IMG/VR virus record: IMGVR_UViG_3300012232_000187
Span: 1 to 46,296 of that record
Direction: 5' to 3' (one strand)
Length of the DNA stretch: 46,296 nt
DNA from: a virus
Taxonomy: Duplodnaviria; Caudoviricetes
Part shown: in pieces, positions 34,818 to 45,521 of the stretch
Numbering within the stretch: position 1 is the first letter of the stretch
How the letters are laid out: the number at the start of each line of letters is the position of its first letter
Made by a program: the position numbers and the translations under genes
Notes under the pieces: model-generated
What the model was told of the DNA's origin: nothing
Seen by the model: the letters and a program-made list of their open reading frames with translations, nothing else
Database searches by the model: none

Positions 34818-35397
34818 CCAAATGTTTGACATCGGTGCTTACCGGGAACAGAAGGACACGACGATTCCTCGGTTCTACGTCAAAACGGCGATAGACGAGC
34901 GCGCATCACGGAAGGAAGGCAAGCAGATATTCATCGACGTGGAGATGGTGGAGATCATCACTCCGGGGGACAAGCTGAACGTCCCGCACGTCCCTGTAAC
35001 TGAGTACTACATGCAGCGCTACTCCCGTCAGTACGATGCCTTCAAGAAGGGCATGGAGAACGTCCCTGACGGCTTCCGTCTGGAGGCGTGGCCGCATATC
35101 TCCGCTGCTGCTGTCGCTACCCTGAAAGCGTCTAACTGTCACACCGTTGAGCAGTTGTCGGAGTTCGCTGAAGGCAACCGTCCTCGGCTTCCTGATTTCT
35201 TCAAGCTGCAGCAGAAGGCGAAGGAGTTCCTGGAGGCGCAGAAGGACTCGTCCGTAGTGATTTCATTGCAGACCAAGGCCGAGGATCAGTCCAAAGAGAT
35301 TCAGCACCTGATGAACACCGTTGACGCCCTGAAGAAGAAACTCGCTGAAGGTTCTGACGAACCCAAGCGACGGGGGAGGCCACCTAAAGTCGCATGA
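34810..35397 (+). CDS. Conserved hypothetical morphogenesis protein
   Basis: PRFY..EGKQIFIDVEMVEI..PGD, TVEQLS, KRRGRPPK tail. Confidence 0.65.
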   Translation: MADQMFDIGAYREQKDTTIPRFYVKTAIDERASRKEGKQIFIDVEMVEIITPGDKLNVPHVPVTEYYMQRYSRQYDAFKKGMENVPDGFRLEAWPHISAAAVATLKASNCHTVEQLSEFAEGNRPRLPDFFKLQQKAKEFLEAQKDSSVVISLQTKAEDQSKEIQHLMNTVDALKKKLAEGSDEPKRRGRPPKVA

Positions 35398-36086
35398 CTG
35401 CCTTAACGACCGCTCAAAGCATCGCCCGTTCCATCGGGTTGCCGGAACCTACGACCCTTGTTTCCAATCCGAACCAGGACGCCCGGAGGATGCTACAGGC
35501 GATCAACGATGCTGGGCGATTCCTTTCCCGGTTTGAATGGCAGTCCCAGGTTATCGAGGTCACCGCGTCGATCTCGACTACGGACTATATAACTCCCCCT
35601 GCGGACTTCCGCTCCATCGTCCCCATGTCGTCATGGCAGGTGGGGTTGAGCGAGCCCGTACAGGGTCCGGTGAGGAACGTCGAGTGGCAAGCACAGCGGT
35701 ACGGGACGATTGGGACGACAGTAGTTAACTCCATGTTCCACCTCCGGTGGAACGCGACCTCCCAAAGGATCTACGTCAGTCCAGCTCCTGCGAATGGGGA
35801 CCAGTTCGTCTATCTCTACCGGAGTACTGGATGGGTGTCTTCTGGGGGTGTCATAGCCTCGGTTTCTGCCGATTCGGACAACTTCCTCCTTGAGGGCTAT
35901 CTCCTTGAGTGCGAGGCCAAGTGGCGGTTCCTGAAATCCATAGGCCAATCCTACGGTGAAGAGAAGGACGAGGCCGAGAGACTGCGGAGGATTGCCATGG
36001 CTGAGGACGGTGGGATGGAGGAGATCACCGCTGGCATGGGGATTACTAATATACGGTGGAACTACCCTGACGGTGACTTCGGTTGA
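35394..36086 (+). CDS. Head-tail adaptor (tail tubular A-like)
   Basis: IGLPEP..LQAIN, PADF, KWRFLKSIGQSY; position before nozzle. Confidence 0.75.
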   Translation: MTALTTAQSIARSIGLPEPTTLVSNPNQDARRMLQAINDAGRFLSRFEWQSQVIEVTASISTTDYITPPADFRSIVPMSSWQVGLSEPVQGPVRNVEWQAQRYGTIGTTVVNSMFHLRWNATSQRIYVSPAPANGDQFVYLYRSTGWVSSGGVIASVSADSDNFLLEGYLLECEAKWRFLKSIGQSYGEEKDEAERLRRIAMAEDGGMEEITAGMGITNIRWNYPDGDFG

Positions 36087-37615
36087 GCATCTATGACGCT
36101 GCTGTAAGACAGGCGGCGATCCGTAGGCAGAACCTCACCAGAGGTCAACGTAGGTCAACGAGACTCACCCTCCCGCCCCCGTTGAAGGGCTTGAATACCC
36201 GCTCGCCCATCAACCAACTCGGTCCCGATGAGGCGTATGAGTTAACCAACTTCATCCCCGATGCGGGGTATCTCAGACTCCGGGAAGGTTCGACCCTCGT
36301 CACCGTAGGCGTTCCCTCCACGGAGATCGGGAAACTCATGACCTGGAGTTACCAGGGGGCAGACCGACTCCTCTGGTCCTTTGGGTACACGGGTGGGTAC
36401 ATCCTCATGACGACGGATGGGTTAACTACAGACCCCCGCATCCTGAATGGTACCGACTGGGCCTGCGCGATGATGAACGGCCTCCTGGGGATGGTGAACG
36501 GTCAGGACCAACCCACGATCTTCGACGGGACTGACTTCTTCCTGATGACCACCACGGGGCCGGCTAATCCTTCGACGTTAAGTGGCATCAAGATATTCAA
36601 GTCCCGTTCCTACTTCTGGGCGAATGGAGAACTGGGCTTCTGGTACTCCGCTGTGAATGCTCTCGGAGGGACGCTGACCCGATTCCCTCTGGAGACCGTC
36701 TCCCAGAAGGGCGGGGCGGTGATGTCGATCAACGCATGGTCCAGAGACTCTGGAAGTGGTCCGGATGACTTCCTGGTCATCACAACTACGAAAGGCGAGG
36801 TCTTAGTCTACCAAGGGTCCAATCCGAGTGACCCGAACGACTGGGCCATCGTTGGGCGATTCCAGATCGGTGTTCCTATTGACCGGAATGCGTTCCTTGA
36901 GCTGGACGGGAGAATCTTCGTCCTGACTCAAACTGACTTGGAGATGATTCCGGATAACTTCGTCAGACAGCAACCTCTTTCAAGACTGTCAGGTGCGATC
37001 AGGGCGAACTACCAGGATTACGGGTCTACTGGACGGTACACCCTCTTCTACGATCAGGTAAGGGACCGGATTCTCCTCAACATCCCCATGGGTCAGGGCA
37101 GGTTCGATCAACTGGTGAAGACCACGTTTGGATATACGCGGTTCACCGGGATCAACGCTGTCCACTATGTGATGTACAACAACGAAGTCCACTTCGTTAC
37201 TCCGACAGCGTTGTTCAAGTGGGGTGGAGCTAAGGACCGATTAGGCGCGGAGACCGTAGCCGACATTACCTTCTCTGCCAAGACGGGTTATGGGATGCTG
37301 GGTGGGAACAGCGAGAAACGAGTCTCCATGTACCGTCCCAACATGAAGTCATCAGGATCGGTGACTCTGACCACTGCGCTGGACTTCGACCATAAGGGCA
37401 GGTACCTCCCTGTTCAAACCACCGGCCAGAACCAGAGTACCGCGTGGGGGTCGCCGTGGGGCAGTCCGTGGTCCAACTCCACCTCCGATAGGGGAGACTG
37501 GTTGGTTGGGTGCGGTACCGGACAGACGATCTCCCTGAGCCTTTCGGGGTCGTGTCCCATCTCTCTGGAGTGGATGGGGACTGATTATGAATTGGTCCCC
37601 GGAGGGCTCTATTGA
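36083..37615 (+). CDS. Tail nozzle/stabilisation protein (P22 gp10-like beta-propeller)
   Basis: PPLKGLNTR, NGQD, FKSRSYF, WYS, GEVLVYQGSNP; size and position. Confidence 0.8.
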   Translation: MSIYDAAVRQAAIRRQNLTRGQRRSTRLTLPPPLKGLNTRSPINQLGPDEAYELTNFIPDAGYLRLREGSTLVTVGVPSTEIGKLMTWSYQGADRLLWSFGYTGGYILMTTDGLTTDPRILNGTDWACAMMNGLLGMVNGQDQPTIFDGTDFFLMTTTGPANPSTLSGIKIFKSRSYFWANGELGFWYSAVNALGGTLTRFPLETVSQKGGAVMSINAWSRDSGSGPDDFLVITTTKGEVLVYQGSNPSDPNDWAIVGRFQIGVPIDRNAFLELDGRIFVLTQTDLEMIPDNFVRQQPLSRLSGAIRANYQDYGSTGRYTLFYDQVRDRILLNIPMGQGRFDQLVKTTFGYTRFTGINAVHYVMYNNEVHFVTPTALFKWGGAKDRLGAETVADITFSAKTGYGMLGGNSEKRVSMYRPNMKSSGSVTLTTALDFDHKGRYLPVQTTGQNQSTAWGSPWGSPWSNSTSDRGDWLVGCGTGQTISLSLSGSCPISLEWMGTDYELVPGGLY

Positions 37616-38091
37616 CCACTAGGGTCTACATCCCTCGGGATGATAACGAGCATCTGTTCTTTGCGACGTGGTTGAAAGCGCGATTACCCAGATTCAACCC
37701 GATTGGGGTGAAGACCATAGCGTGTTACCGCAACGAGAAGATCGGCGCTGTGTTGGGTTTGTCCAATCGCTACTTCGGCAGAGTCGAACTCACTTTATGC
37801 GCTGATGACCCTAGGTGTTTTACCAAGGGAAACATTCTCACCATGTTGGCCCCCTCGTTCATGCCCCCGATGGACTGCACAGGGTTGACAGCGGTGGTTT
37901 ACAAGGCAAACAAACGAGTCAGGAAATTTCTTGAAGGCATGGGATTTGTGAATGAAGGGACGTTGAGACAAGCAGGGCCGAATGGAGAGAACCTGATTAT
38001 CTACGGGTTACTGAAATCCGAATACCTGGAATTGGTCAAGAGGTTCCGTCCGGAAGTGATGGAACAGGCCAAGGAGATGGTGAATGGCTAG
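37612..38091 (+). CDS. GNAT-fold virion assembly protein
   Basis: NKRVRKFLEGMGFVNEGTLRQ..IYGLLKSE; usual position between nozzle and ejection genes. Confidence 0.75.
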   Translation: MTTRVYIPRDDNEHLFFATWLKARLPRFNPIGVKTIACYRNEKIGAVLGLSNRYFGRVELTLCADDPRCFTKGNILTMLAPSFMPPMDCTGLTAVVYKANKRVRKFLEGMGFVNEGTLRQAGPNGENLIIYGLLKSEYLELVKRFRPEVMEQAKEMVNG

Positions 38092-39406
38092 TGGTGGTGG
38101 TTCAGCTCCTACGGTCAATCCGTATCAGGCTGCTCAAGCGGACTGGTTATTCAACCGAACGAATCAGAGCACTCCCTTTGGGCAGACGATCAATACCTTC
38201 CCCGGCCAACAGGCCCCGATTGCTCCCACAGTAGGCTTCATCCCCGGAGGTCTGTCTTCGACCGCTCAGGGGATGTACTCGCCTCAGGCGACACCGGGCA
38301 AAGGTGGCAATCCCACGACCCAGCCCATGCCTCCGGGCGCGCAGACCAATGCCGCCCCTTCCGGGAAGGGCGGTAGCCCGCAGACTACACGCATGCAGGC
38401 GGCAAGTGCGAGCGGTCTCGGCGGGCTATTGGGCGGAGTTGTAGACCAATCCATTACGCCTACCAGCACCTCTCCGGGGACCATCATCGACCCCACGGCT
38501 AACAAGCGAACCGGCGGGGTGTTCCCGACCGGCATTCCCAATACTCCCGGAACCACCACGCAGATCATGGACCCCCAACTTCTTGCTCTGGAGAGCGGGA
38601 AGCTCACGACCCAAGCTAATACCCTTGCCGACGTGATGCAGCGCCAGCAGGGAATGGCTAACGGTGGACAACCGAATCTCGTCTCGAGATTGAACACACA
38701 AGGTCTCCCCTCAGGTCAGGCAGGGTTCTCCGGTCTGCCTTCGGGTCAGGCCCTCGACGGTAATGCGATGGCGGCGACCTACAAGCCGTTCAACCAGAAC
38801 ATTGCCAACACGATGTTCCAGATGGGTGCGCAACCTCTACAGAGGGAGTTCGGGAGGAACCTAGACACCATTGAGCAATCGCTGGCGAACAAAGGTCTTG
38901 CTCTGGGTGGAGATGCGGCCTCAAGAACTATAGGCGACTTCGGCAGAGAGCAGAGTCAGGCGCTTTCAGACCTTGCCTCCCGGTCGGTCCTCGCCGGTGG
39001 ACAGGAGTCCTCACGCGCCATTGCCGACCTGCTTGGTATTCAAGGACAGGGCTTCAGTCAGGGTGAAATGCAGAGAGGGGCGCGGGTCGGAGAACAACAG
39101 TCTGTCTTCGGACAGAACGAGGCACTGCGTAACGCCAGAATAGGCGAACAGCAGACCAATGCCCAACTAGCTTCAGCGTCTCGTGGACAGCAGTTCAGCG
39201 AACTCGCCACGCTCCTTGGATTGAACCAGGGTGCAGGTGGCGGGATGCAGGCGGGTCAACAGAACCCCATGGACATGATGGGTGCCTTTGGACTCAACCA
39301 GCAGGGCCAGATGGCTAATGCTGCCAACAGAACCGCCCAAGCAGGGGGGACCAACTCAGCCCTCGCCTCTCTCGCTGGGATGGGGATGATGGCGGCGAAG
39401 ATGTGA
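38084..39406 (+). CDS. DNA ejection/pilot protein 1
   Basis: G/Q/A-rich, NRTNQSTPFG, LANKGL, hydrophobic Gly/Met C-terminus. Confidence 0.7.
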   Translation: MASGGGSAPTVNPYQAAQADWLFNRTNQSTPFGQTINTFPGQQAPIAPTVGFIPGGLSSTAQGMYSPQATPGKGGNPTTQPMPPGAQTNAAPSGKGGSPQTTRMQAASASGLGGLLGGVVDQSITPTSTSPGTIIDPTANKRTGGVFPTGIPNTPGTTTQIMDPQLLALESGKLTTQANTLADVMQRQQGMANGGQPNLVSRLNTQGLPSGQAGFSGLPSGQALDGNAMAATYKPFNQNIANTMFQMGAQPLQREFGRNLDTIEQSLANKGLALGGDAASRTIGDFGREQSQALSDLASRSVLAGGQESSRAIADLLGIQGQGFSQGEMQRGARVGEQQSVFGQNEALRNARIGEQQTNAQLASASRGQQFSELATLLGLNQGAGGGMQAGQQNPMDMMGAFGLNQQGQMANAANRTAQAGGTNSALASLAGMGMMAAKM

Positions 39407-39419
39407 TGGAGATTATCTG

Positions 39420-40715
39420 ATGCCACAGCAACGCTCAGACCTGCTGAAGGTCATGCTCGCGCAGAACCTCGCTCAACCCGGAGCCTCTACGCGCACGGGT
39501 GGATTAGCCCAGATCCTCGCCTCACTGGTCGGTGGACTCGCCTACACCCAGGCTGGAAAGAACGAGAGAGCCGACGCCGCCAAGAAGTCCGGTGGTCTTG
39601 CGTTGGAACTCGCCAAAGGAATGCAGCCGAGACAACCCGTCATGCTGGAGAACCCCGAGACTCCCATGGGGGCACCTCCTGAACTCGCTGGCTCGGTCGC
39701 CAAGGCTCCTGCCGCCCAGACACCGCAGTACGGCGCTTTGAGTCAGATGTCGCCTGAGGCGCTTGAACAGGTTCTGGCGAAGCAGATGTTTGAGCCGCCG
39801 AAAGGCCCGGAATTCGACTTCGCCACAATAACCGACAAAGACGGGAATCAGGCCCGCATTCGGACTGACAAGGCTACCGCGAAGACGGATACGGTTTACA
39901 CGGGCGGACGCCCGCCAGAAGGACCGCTTTCGTCCACGGCCAAGATACTGGCAGATTACGATGCCGGTCGCTTGGGCGGCCCAGCCGGCACCCCAGCGGC
40001 AATAGCCCGAAGAGACGCCGCTTTGGATGCTGATGCCGGTCGTGGCAGTACCACGGTTAATAACATCATGCCGAACGGCAACTCTGAGATCACCGCCGCC
40101 AACCGGACCTCGTTCAACGAGAAGGTTCTTGGCATCGAAGACCGTCTCGCGACGCTCCGCGTGATGAAGGCCAGCTATGACCCGACGTTTCTAACCCTTA
40201 GGGGGAAGTTCGACATCGGCAAACTGAAGGCTCGCGATATCACGCAAGGCATCCCGGTTGTTGAGGGCGTTCTGGGCGGGAAGCTGGATGAAGACGAAAA
40301 GACGAAGCTGAAGCAGTGGTCCCGTTGGTCGCAATCCGCATACCAGAACATGAACGAAACCATTCGTGAAGTGACTGGAGCGACAGTTGGTCAGGGTGAC
40401 GAGACAACGCGCCTGAAAGGCCAGATACCCGATCCTCGTGCCGATGGTCCGACGGAGTTCGTTGAGAAGGCCAACGCTTTCACGGAGTCAATTTCCTTGG
40501 CGCAGATTCGCTACAAGATGGCGCTCAAGGACGGAATACCAGTTGCCACGACTGACGACCTTGTCCGCTATTCAAGCCTTGATGGAGTCAAGGAGCGCAT
40601 CAATGACGAAGCGAGTCAGATGGTTGGAAAGTTGACTGAACAGGGAATGCCGAAAGACCAGGCAATCCAGAAAGCCATAGAGATGATTCAGGCGCAGTAC
40701 GGTATCAAATTGTGA
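39420..40715 (+). CDS. DNA ejection protein 2
   Basis: GGLAQILASLVGGL membrane-like helix, TGATVGQGDE..IP; position. Confidence 0.65.
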   Translation: MPQQRSDLLKVMLAQNLAQPGASTRTGGLAQILASLVGGLAYTQAGKNERADAAKKSGGLALELAKGMQPRQPVMLENPETPMGAPPELAGSVAKAPAAQTPQYGALSQMSPEALEQVLAKQMFEPPKGPEFDFATITDKDGNQARIRTDKATAKTDTVYTGGRPPEGPLSSTAKILADYDAGRLGGPAGTPAAIARRDAALDADAGRGSTTVNNIMPNGNSEITAANRTSFNEKVLGIEDRLATLRVMKASYDPTFLTLRGKFDIGKLKARDITQGIPVVEGVLGGKLDEDEKTKLKQWSRWSQSAYQNMNETIREVTGATVGQGDETTRLKGQIPDPRADGPTEFVEKANAFTESISLAQIRYKMALKDGIPVATTDDLVRYSSLDGVKERINDEASQMVGKLTEQGMPKDQAIQKAIEMIQAQYGIKL

Positions 40716-42670
40716 GTATCGACATCTTCGCGGAAGCAGCGAAGAACACCCCGCAAGCTACCCGCCTGGACTTGGCAGATCAGATCCTCAACGGCGCTAA
40801 AGGCGCACCGCAGAAAGTCACGCCCGCCGACGCAGGGTTCATGACCAACATGAAGGTTGGGTTTGCGGTTGAACCGTCCAGTGACATCTCCATCCTCGCG
40901 AAGAAGTTCTTCCCCAACGAGGACCCGAAGAAAGCCGCAGGAAGATTCGGCATCAAGGATGGTAACTACATCTTTGTAGATGACGCGGGCGAGCTGAAGG
41001 ACGCATCAGATTCCGGTGGCGCAGCGCGGTTCCTTGGCGAGGCTGGGCCGGGTATCGGAGTCGGGACTGTTGGCGCACTCGGCGGTCCAGTAGGTGCAGG
41101 TATCGGCGCGGGGGCGGGCGAACTGTGGCGGCGCAATTTGTCCCGCCTCCTGTTCGATGAACATAAACGCTCTGGCTTGACCGACATTGGAGCCGGCGCT
41201 ACCGAAGGCGTGATCGACTTCGCGGGTGGGAAACTCTTCACCCTCGCTGGGAAGGCTATTCGCGGAGCCAAGGGACTGCCGATAGCCGATGAGTTCGACG
41301 CCAAGAAGATCAAGCAAGTTCAGGATGAGGTCTTCAAGAAGACTGGTATTCAGATAGACGCCGCTCAAGCGTCCGATGACGCTGCTCTTCAGCAGTTGCG
41401 TGATTGGGCGAACAGACAGCCTGCCAAAGCCTCGTCTGTCATCAAGACTCTTGGGCAGATGCAGAACGAGCAGTCAGAACAGTCGGTCAGGCAGTTGCTT
41501 GAAGCCATCGCAGGAGACGTTCCTGAGGGTGCTGTAGTCAAGGGCATCTCTGGTTCGTCATCTGCCGCCATAAAGACTGCCCGAAACATCGTGCAGACAG
41601 AAACCCGCCCCTTCTACGAGGCGGCGGTTGACGGTGCTGAAGCTTCCGGAATCAAGGTTGATGTCAGTCCTGTCCTACAGCAACTGGACGACCTCATATC
41701 CGGCTCAAAGGGCGGTGTCAGGAAGGCGCTCACGGGCGCGCAGGAACTGTTCAAGGTTTCTGACGGTGGGGCGTGGGATACCTCCATGAAGGGCCTGCAG
41801 GGCACCAAGATTGCTCTGGATGCGCTCATCAACGGGAAGGGAACAGAGGAGACCGTAGACCGCGTAACCAGGGCTCGGTTGATCGAGGTGAAGGCGGCGC
41901 TTGAGTCCCAGATGGAAGCCGCCTCCCCGATGTACAAGAAAGCCAACCAGATGTACGCACAGATGAGCCAGCGTCTGGTCAATCCTCTTCAGGACGGGCT
42001 TGTCGGGGCTCTTGCAGACCTTGAGGACCAGGGTCTTCGTGGGGCTGCGCAAACTGCGGCGCGCATCGTCACTGATCCGTCAGTTCCGCTCACTGAGGTT
42101 GCCAGAACCCGTGAAGCCATCCTGAAGACCAGGGGCGGGAAGTCTGCGTGGAACGGTGTTTCCCGCATGTGGCTTTCCGGTGCCCTTGAGCGCGCCGCCA
42201 AGGAAACTCAAGGCGGGGATGTCGTGAACTTCGCCGGCAAGTTCCGTCAAGCGGTGTACGCCACCCCGAAGCAGAGAGTCCTTGCCAAGCAAATGCTCGG
42301 GGAGAACTCGGCGCAGTTTGAAGACCTGATGGGCGCGTTTGAGATGCTGGCGAAGACTCCGATACGGGGGTCGAACACTCAAGCCGATCAGCTCATTACC
42401 CGCAACGCCGGGAGTTCTGTCGCTCAGGGAGCGCGGTTTCTCCGCAATGTCGGTGGGAACGTACTTGACCGGATGGATGACAGGGCTGCGCTGAAGTTCG
42501 CCAATGACATAGCAGAGGCAATGACCAACCCGGAAAAACTTAGCCAACTGAAGATTCTTCGGAAGCTTCCGGTTGGCGTCGATAGGGCGCTCCTGATGAC
42601 GGGAGTCGTAACAAACAACGTGGCTTTGCCGGGTGACACACCACCCGATCAGCAGGTGGGTGCGCAATGA
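40712..42670 (+). CDS. DNA ejection protein 3
   Basis: Glycine-zipper GALGGPVGAGIGAGAGE; long helical body; GSNT near C-terminus. Confidence 0.7.
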   Translation: MSIDIFAEAAKNTPQATRLDLADQILNGAKGAPQKVTPADAGFMTNMKVGFAVEPSSDISILAKKFFPNEDPKKAAGRFGIKDGNYIFVDDAGELKDASDSGGAARFLGEAGPGIGVGTVGALGGPVGAGIGAGAGELWRRNLSRLLFDEHKRSGLTDIGAGATEGVIDFAGGKLFTLAGKAIRGAKGLPIADEFDAKKIKQVQDEVFKKTGIQIDAAQASDDAALQQLRDWANRQPAKASSVIKTLGQMQNEQSEQSVRQLLEAIAGDVPEGAVVKGISGSSSAAIKTARNIVQTETRPFYEAAVDGAEASGIKVDVSPVLQQLDDLISGSKGGVRKALTGAQELFKVSDGGAWDTSMKGLQGTKIALDALINGKGTEETVDRVTRARLIEVKAALESQMEAASPMYKKANQMYAQMSQRLVNPLQDGLVGALADLEDQGLRGAAQTAARIVTDPSVPLTEVARTREAILKTRGGKSAWNGVSRMWLSGALERAAKETQGGDVVNFAGKFRQAVYATPKQRVLAKQMLGENSAQFEDLMGAFEMLAKTPIRGSNTQADQLITRNAGSSVAQGARFLRNVGGNVLDRMDDRAALKFANDIAEAMTNPEKLSQLKILRKLPVGVDRALLMTGVVTNNVALPGDTPPDQQVGAQ

Positions 42671-43599
42671 GTGACGGGTGGAGTGGAGGTAGTTTCTCTG
42701 TCTCTGTAGACATGTCCGCTAACGCGGCTGCAGGGATAGACATCGTAGCTTCGGCGTTCTCCAATCAGATGGACGTTGTTGTCACAGGGATAAACAACTG
42801 CGTAGCCAAGGACGGCCAGAACGCCGCTACTGGCAACCTCCCGATGGGAGGATTCAGACATACGGGGACCGGCAAGGCGGCGGCTGTAGATTCGTACTCC
42901 AGGGTGAATGAATTCATCCACCTGTCGCCGCTGTACATGCTCGATAACGAGGCTGCCGGTTCCATAACGGTCTCCTGTACGGCTACCCCTTGGGCTACGG
43001 GGTTATCAGCAGGGATGCACGTCTACGTCCGTGCAGCGGGGAACAAGCCCTTCTCCACGGGCGGAAACGTCGTCATCAAGATCAACGGGCTTTCAGCCAA
43101 CTGCTCTGCCAACGACGGTTCCCAGTTATGGCCGGGTGCATTCACTTCAGGGCAGATCCACGAACTCGTCTATGACGGGTCCAACTTCAAGCTGCTGAAC
43201 CCTGGTTACCGAGTAGTAACGGGGACGTTCAAGGTTGAAGCCAGGGAAGCCGGTGGAGGCGTGACGACCGCCTCTGTGACAACGTCGATGTCCTGTGAGA
43301 TGTACCGGGATAACAACATCGCGTACTTAACGATGGCTGAATCTGGCAGGCACCGGACGACATGGCAGACCTCTGCAGCGAACACGATCTACTTATCCGC
43401 CCTGCCTTCGTGGATGCGCCCTGCCACGGTGACCAAGTTTGGCCCTGGTATTTTCTATTGTTCTGCATCAACAGAGCGGTTTGGATCAATCAACGTCTCC
43501 GCAGATGGCAGGGTTCTATTCAGGACTGCTGGAAACGGTGGCAACTTTGACACTGACGCGACGATTTTCCCCTTCCAGATCACGTATTCGGTGAAGTAA
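42667..43599 (+). CDS. Proximal tail fibre/adaptor
   Basis: GINNCVAKDGQNAATGNLPMGGFRHTG tail-attachment motif; LVYDGSNF; LPSWMRP. Confidence 0.75.
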   Translation: MSDGWSGGSFSVSVDMSANAAAGIDIVASAFSNQMDVVVTGINNCVAKDGQNAATGNLPMGGFRHTGTGKAAAVDSYSRVNEFIHLSPLYMLDNEAAGSITVSCTATPWATGLSAGMHVYVRAAGNKPFSTGGNVVIKINGLSANCSANDGSQLWPGAFTSGQIHELVYDGSNFKLLNPGYRVVTGTFKVEAREAGGGVTTASVTTSMSCEMYRDNNIAYLTMAESGRHRTTWQTSAANTIYLSALPSWMRPATVTKFGPGIFYCSASTERFGSINVSADGRVLFRTAGNGGNFDTDATIFPFQITYSVK

Positions 43600-45521
43600 T
43601 GGCAACAGGCATAAGCAATATCAGGAAGGGCTGGAGAGGGATCTGGAAGGAGTTCCCGGTTGAGGCCGCGGAACTATCCGACCGTGTCTTAACGGTTACC
43701 GACTACGGGGCTTTGTCGGACGATGGGACGACTGACAATACGATCCCAATCCAGAACTGCGTCAACGACATTGGCACCACGGGCGGAACGATCATCTTTC
43801 CTCCTGCGGGGCTGACCTATGGAATAACCGACCCTATCGTCCTGCTGAACAAGAAGGCCCTGGTCATCGAGGGGTTTGGACAGCACTCCGTAAACGCCAC
43901 ATCAGGTTACGGCTTCTCCGCTTGCGTGAAGGTTGATCCTTCGTGGGGCACCACGGATGCAATGTTCCACATCACCGCCAATACAGACGCCTACGCCAAT
44001 GCCAAGGGCGGCATCCTGTTCTCAGGGATGTACCTGTGGGCCGGTATCGGTGTCGCCGCAGGTGGTTACGCAATTCACCTTGATAAAGGAACCTTAAACA
44101 CCGACTTCTGGGGGGACATAACCCTTAACAACTCCGCCATCATCAACGCCAACATCGGGCTTTTCATTGACGACTCTGCCGGTGGTGGTAGCGGGTTTGG
44201 CTGGATAAAGCTCTTTCAATCCAGAATCCAGGGCTGTGTTTACGGCATACGAGCAAACTGCACCGTCAATGACTTCAACGTCATCGACTGCATCATCCGC
44301 CAGAACCAGCAGGCTTCAAACAGCAACTACACCATTCGCACTGGTGGTGGCATCGTCCTCAACGGCGGCACCAAGGTTCTTATCCTCGGCAACACCCTTG
44401 AAGGTCAGCAGGTCGGTGTTCACGCGGTTGCCATCACCGGACTCGACATTCGGAACAACTACCTTGAGGTGATGTACGACGCTGCTTACGTCATACGGTA
44501 CTGCAAGGATGTCGTCATCGAGGCGAACTACCACACCAGTCATAACAATGGCAGACATATCTTTGTTGAGAACAGCGCCCGAGTAAGGCAGGAAAAGAAC
44601 TCCCAATCCTACTTCATCTGTGCGCAGATGAATCGCGACCTCGTTACCGACACCCCGAAACTGACCCGCTTCACCACCGAGAACAACGGTAACGGTTCTG
44701 TAGGAACGCAAACCCTTGACGACTACGGATGGTGGGTGCAGTCGATCCCCGCCCATCAACCCTCGCAGGATGTCCCCCGTTCGTCCAATGTCGCCATGCA
44801 GACCTTCGCTGCGACCAACGCGACACTTGCGGCTCACGCAGGCTCTGGACCGGATGGGGTCATTGGCAAGTGCCTTGAGGTTACCGCAGGAGCTGCGCTG
44901 GGCCACATTGATCTTCGCTGGCTGTCATCGGGCATCACCATTGCCGAAGGGCAGTGGGTTGTTATTTCGGTACGCCTGAAGGCACCGACTACCAATGTTG
45001 GAACCAACTGCCTGTACTTCCAGGCACACGAGAACATCAACGGTGGCGGCACCAACCTGATGTGCGAAAACACCCTCGACGCATCTCTGGAGACGATGGT
45101 CAAAGGCGAGTGGGTGACGTTCCAGTGGTTCCACAAGGTTCTCGCGGGAGAGACCACTTATCTTGCCGCGCTGAATCTATACATCCCCACCAATGGCGAC
45201 AAGCTCATCTTCGGTGGGGCTGCTCTTAACGTGGTCGATCAGCCGGCCATCAAGCCCATGTACGGGCTCATCAGTTGCGAGTCCGATGCTACGGAATTCC
45301 AGTACTTCCTCAACGATGGAACGGGCAACTACTACAGCGCGGCAGCGTTCGCCTCCGCCAAGCCTACGGGGAGTTTGATTACCTGGCAGGACGGGGAGAA
45401 GATCTGGACCACCGCGCCAGTCACCGTGACTCAGCCCGGGTATGTGTGCACAACCACGGGTACTGGCGGCGGTACGGCACGGTTCGCCGCGATGGTCGCC
45501 GTGGAAGCCGAGGCCGCCTAG
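43599..45521 (+). CDS. Tailspike, beta-helix depolymerase with C-terminal CBM-like domain
   Basis: VTDYGALSDD.TTDNTIPIQN..GGTIIFPP; ILGNTLE, IRNNYLE coils; GYVCTTTGT C-terminal motif. Confidence 0.8.
   Translation: MATGISNIRKGWRGIWKEFPVEAAELSDRVLTVTDYGALSDDGTTDNTIPIQNCVNDIGTTGGTIIFPPAGLTYGITDPIVLLNKKALVIEGFGQHSVNATSGYGFSACVKVDPSWGTTDAMFHITANTDAYANAKGGILFSGMYLWAGIGVAAGGYAIHLDKGTLNTDFWGDITLNNSAIINANIGLFIDDSAGGGSGFGWIKLFQSRIQGCVYGIRANCTVNDFNVIDCIIRQNQQASNSNYTIRTGGGIVLNGGTKVLILGNTLEGQQVGVHAVAITGLDIRNNYLEVMYDAAYVIRYCKDVVIEANYHTSHNNGRHIFVENSARVRQEKNSQSYFICAQMNRDLVTDTPKLTRFTTENNGNGSVGTQTLDDYGWWVQSIPAHQPSQDVPRSSNVAMQTFAATNATLAAHAGSGPDGVIGKCLEVTAGAALGHIDLRWLSSGITIAEGQWVVISVRLKAPTTNVGTNCLYFQAHENINGGGTNLMCENTLDASLETMVKGEWVTFQWFHKVLAGETTYLAALNLYIPTNGDKLIFGGAALNVVDQPAIKPMYGLISCESDATEFQYFLNDGTGNYYSAAAFASAKPTGSLITWQDGEKIWTTAPVTVTQPGYVCTTTGTGGGTARFAAMVAVEAEAA

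Noticed and set aside
38284-38755. Short peptide repeats GKGG.P.T and GLPSGQA in ejection protein 1
   Set aside because: Ordinary low-complexity duplications in pilot proteins
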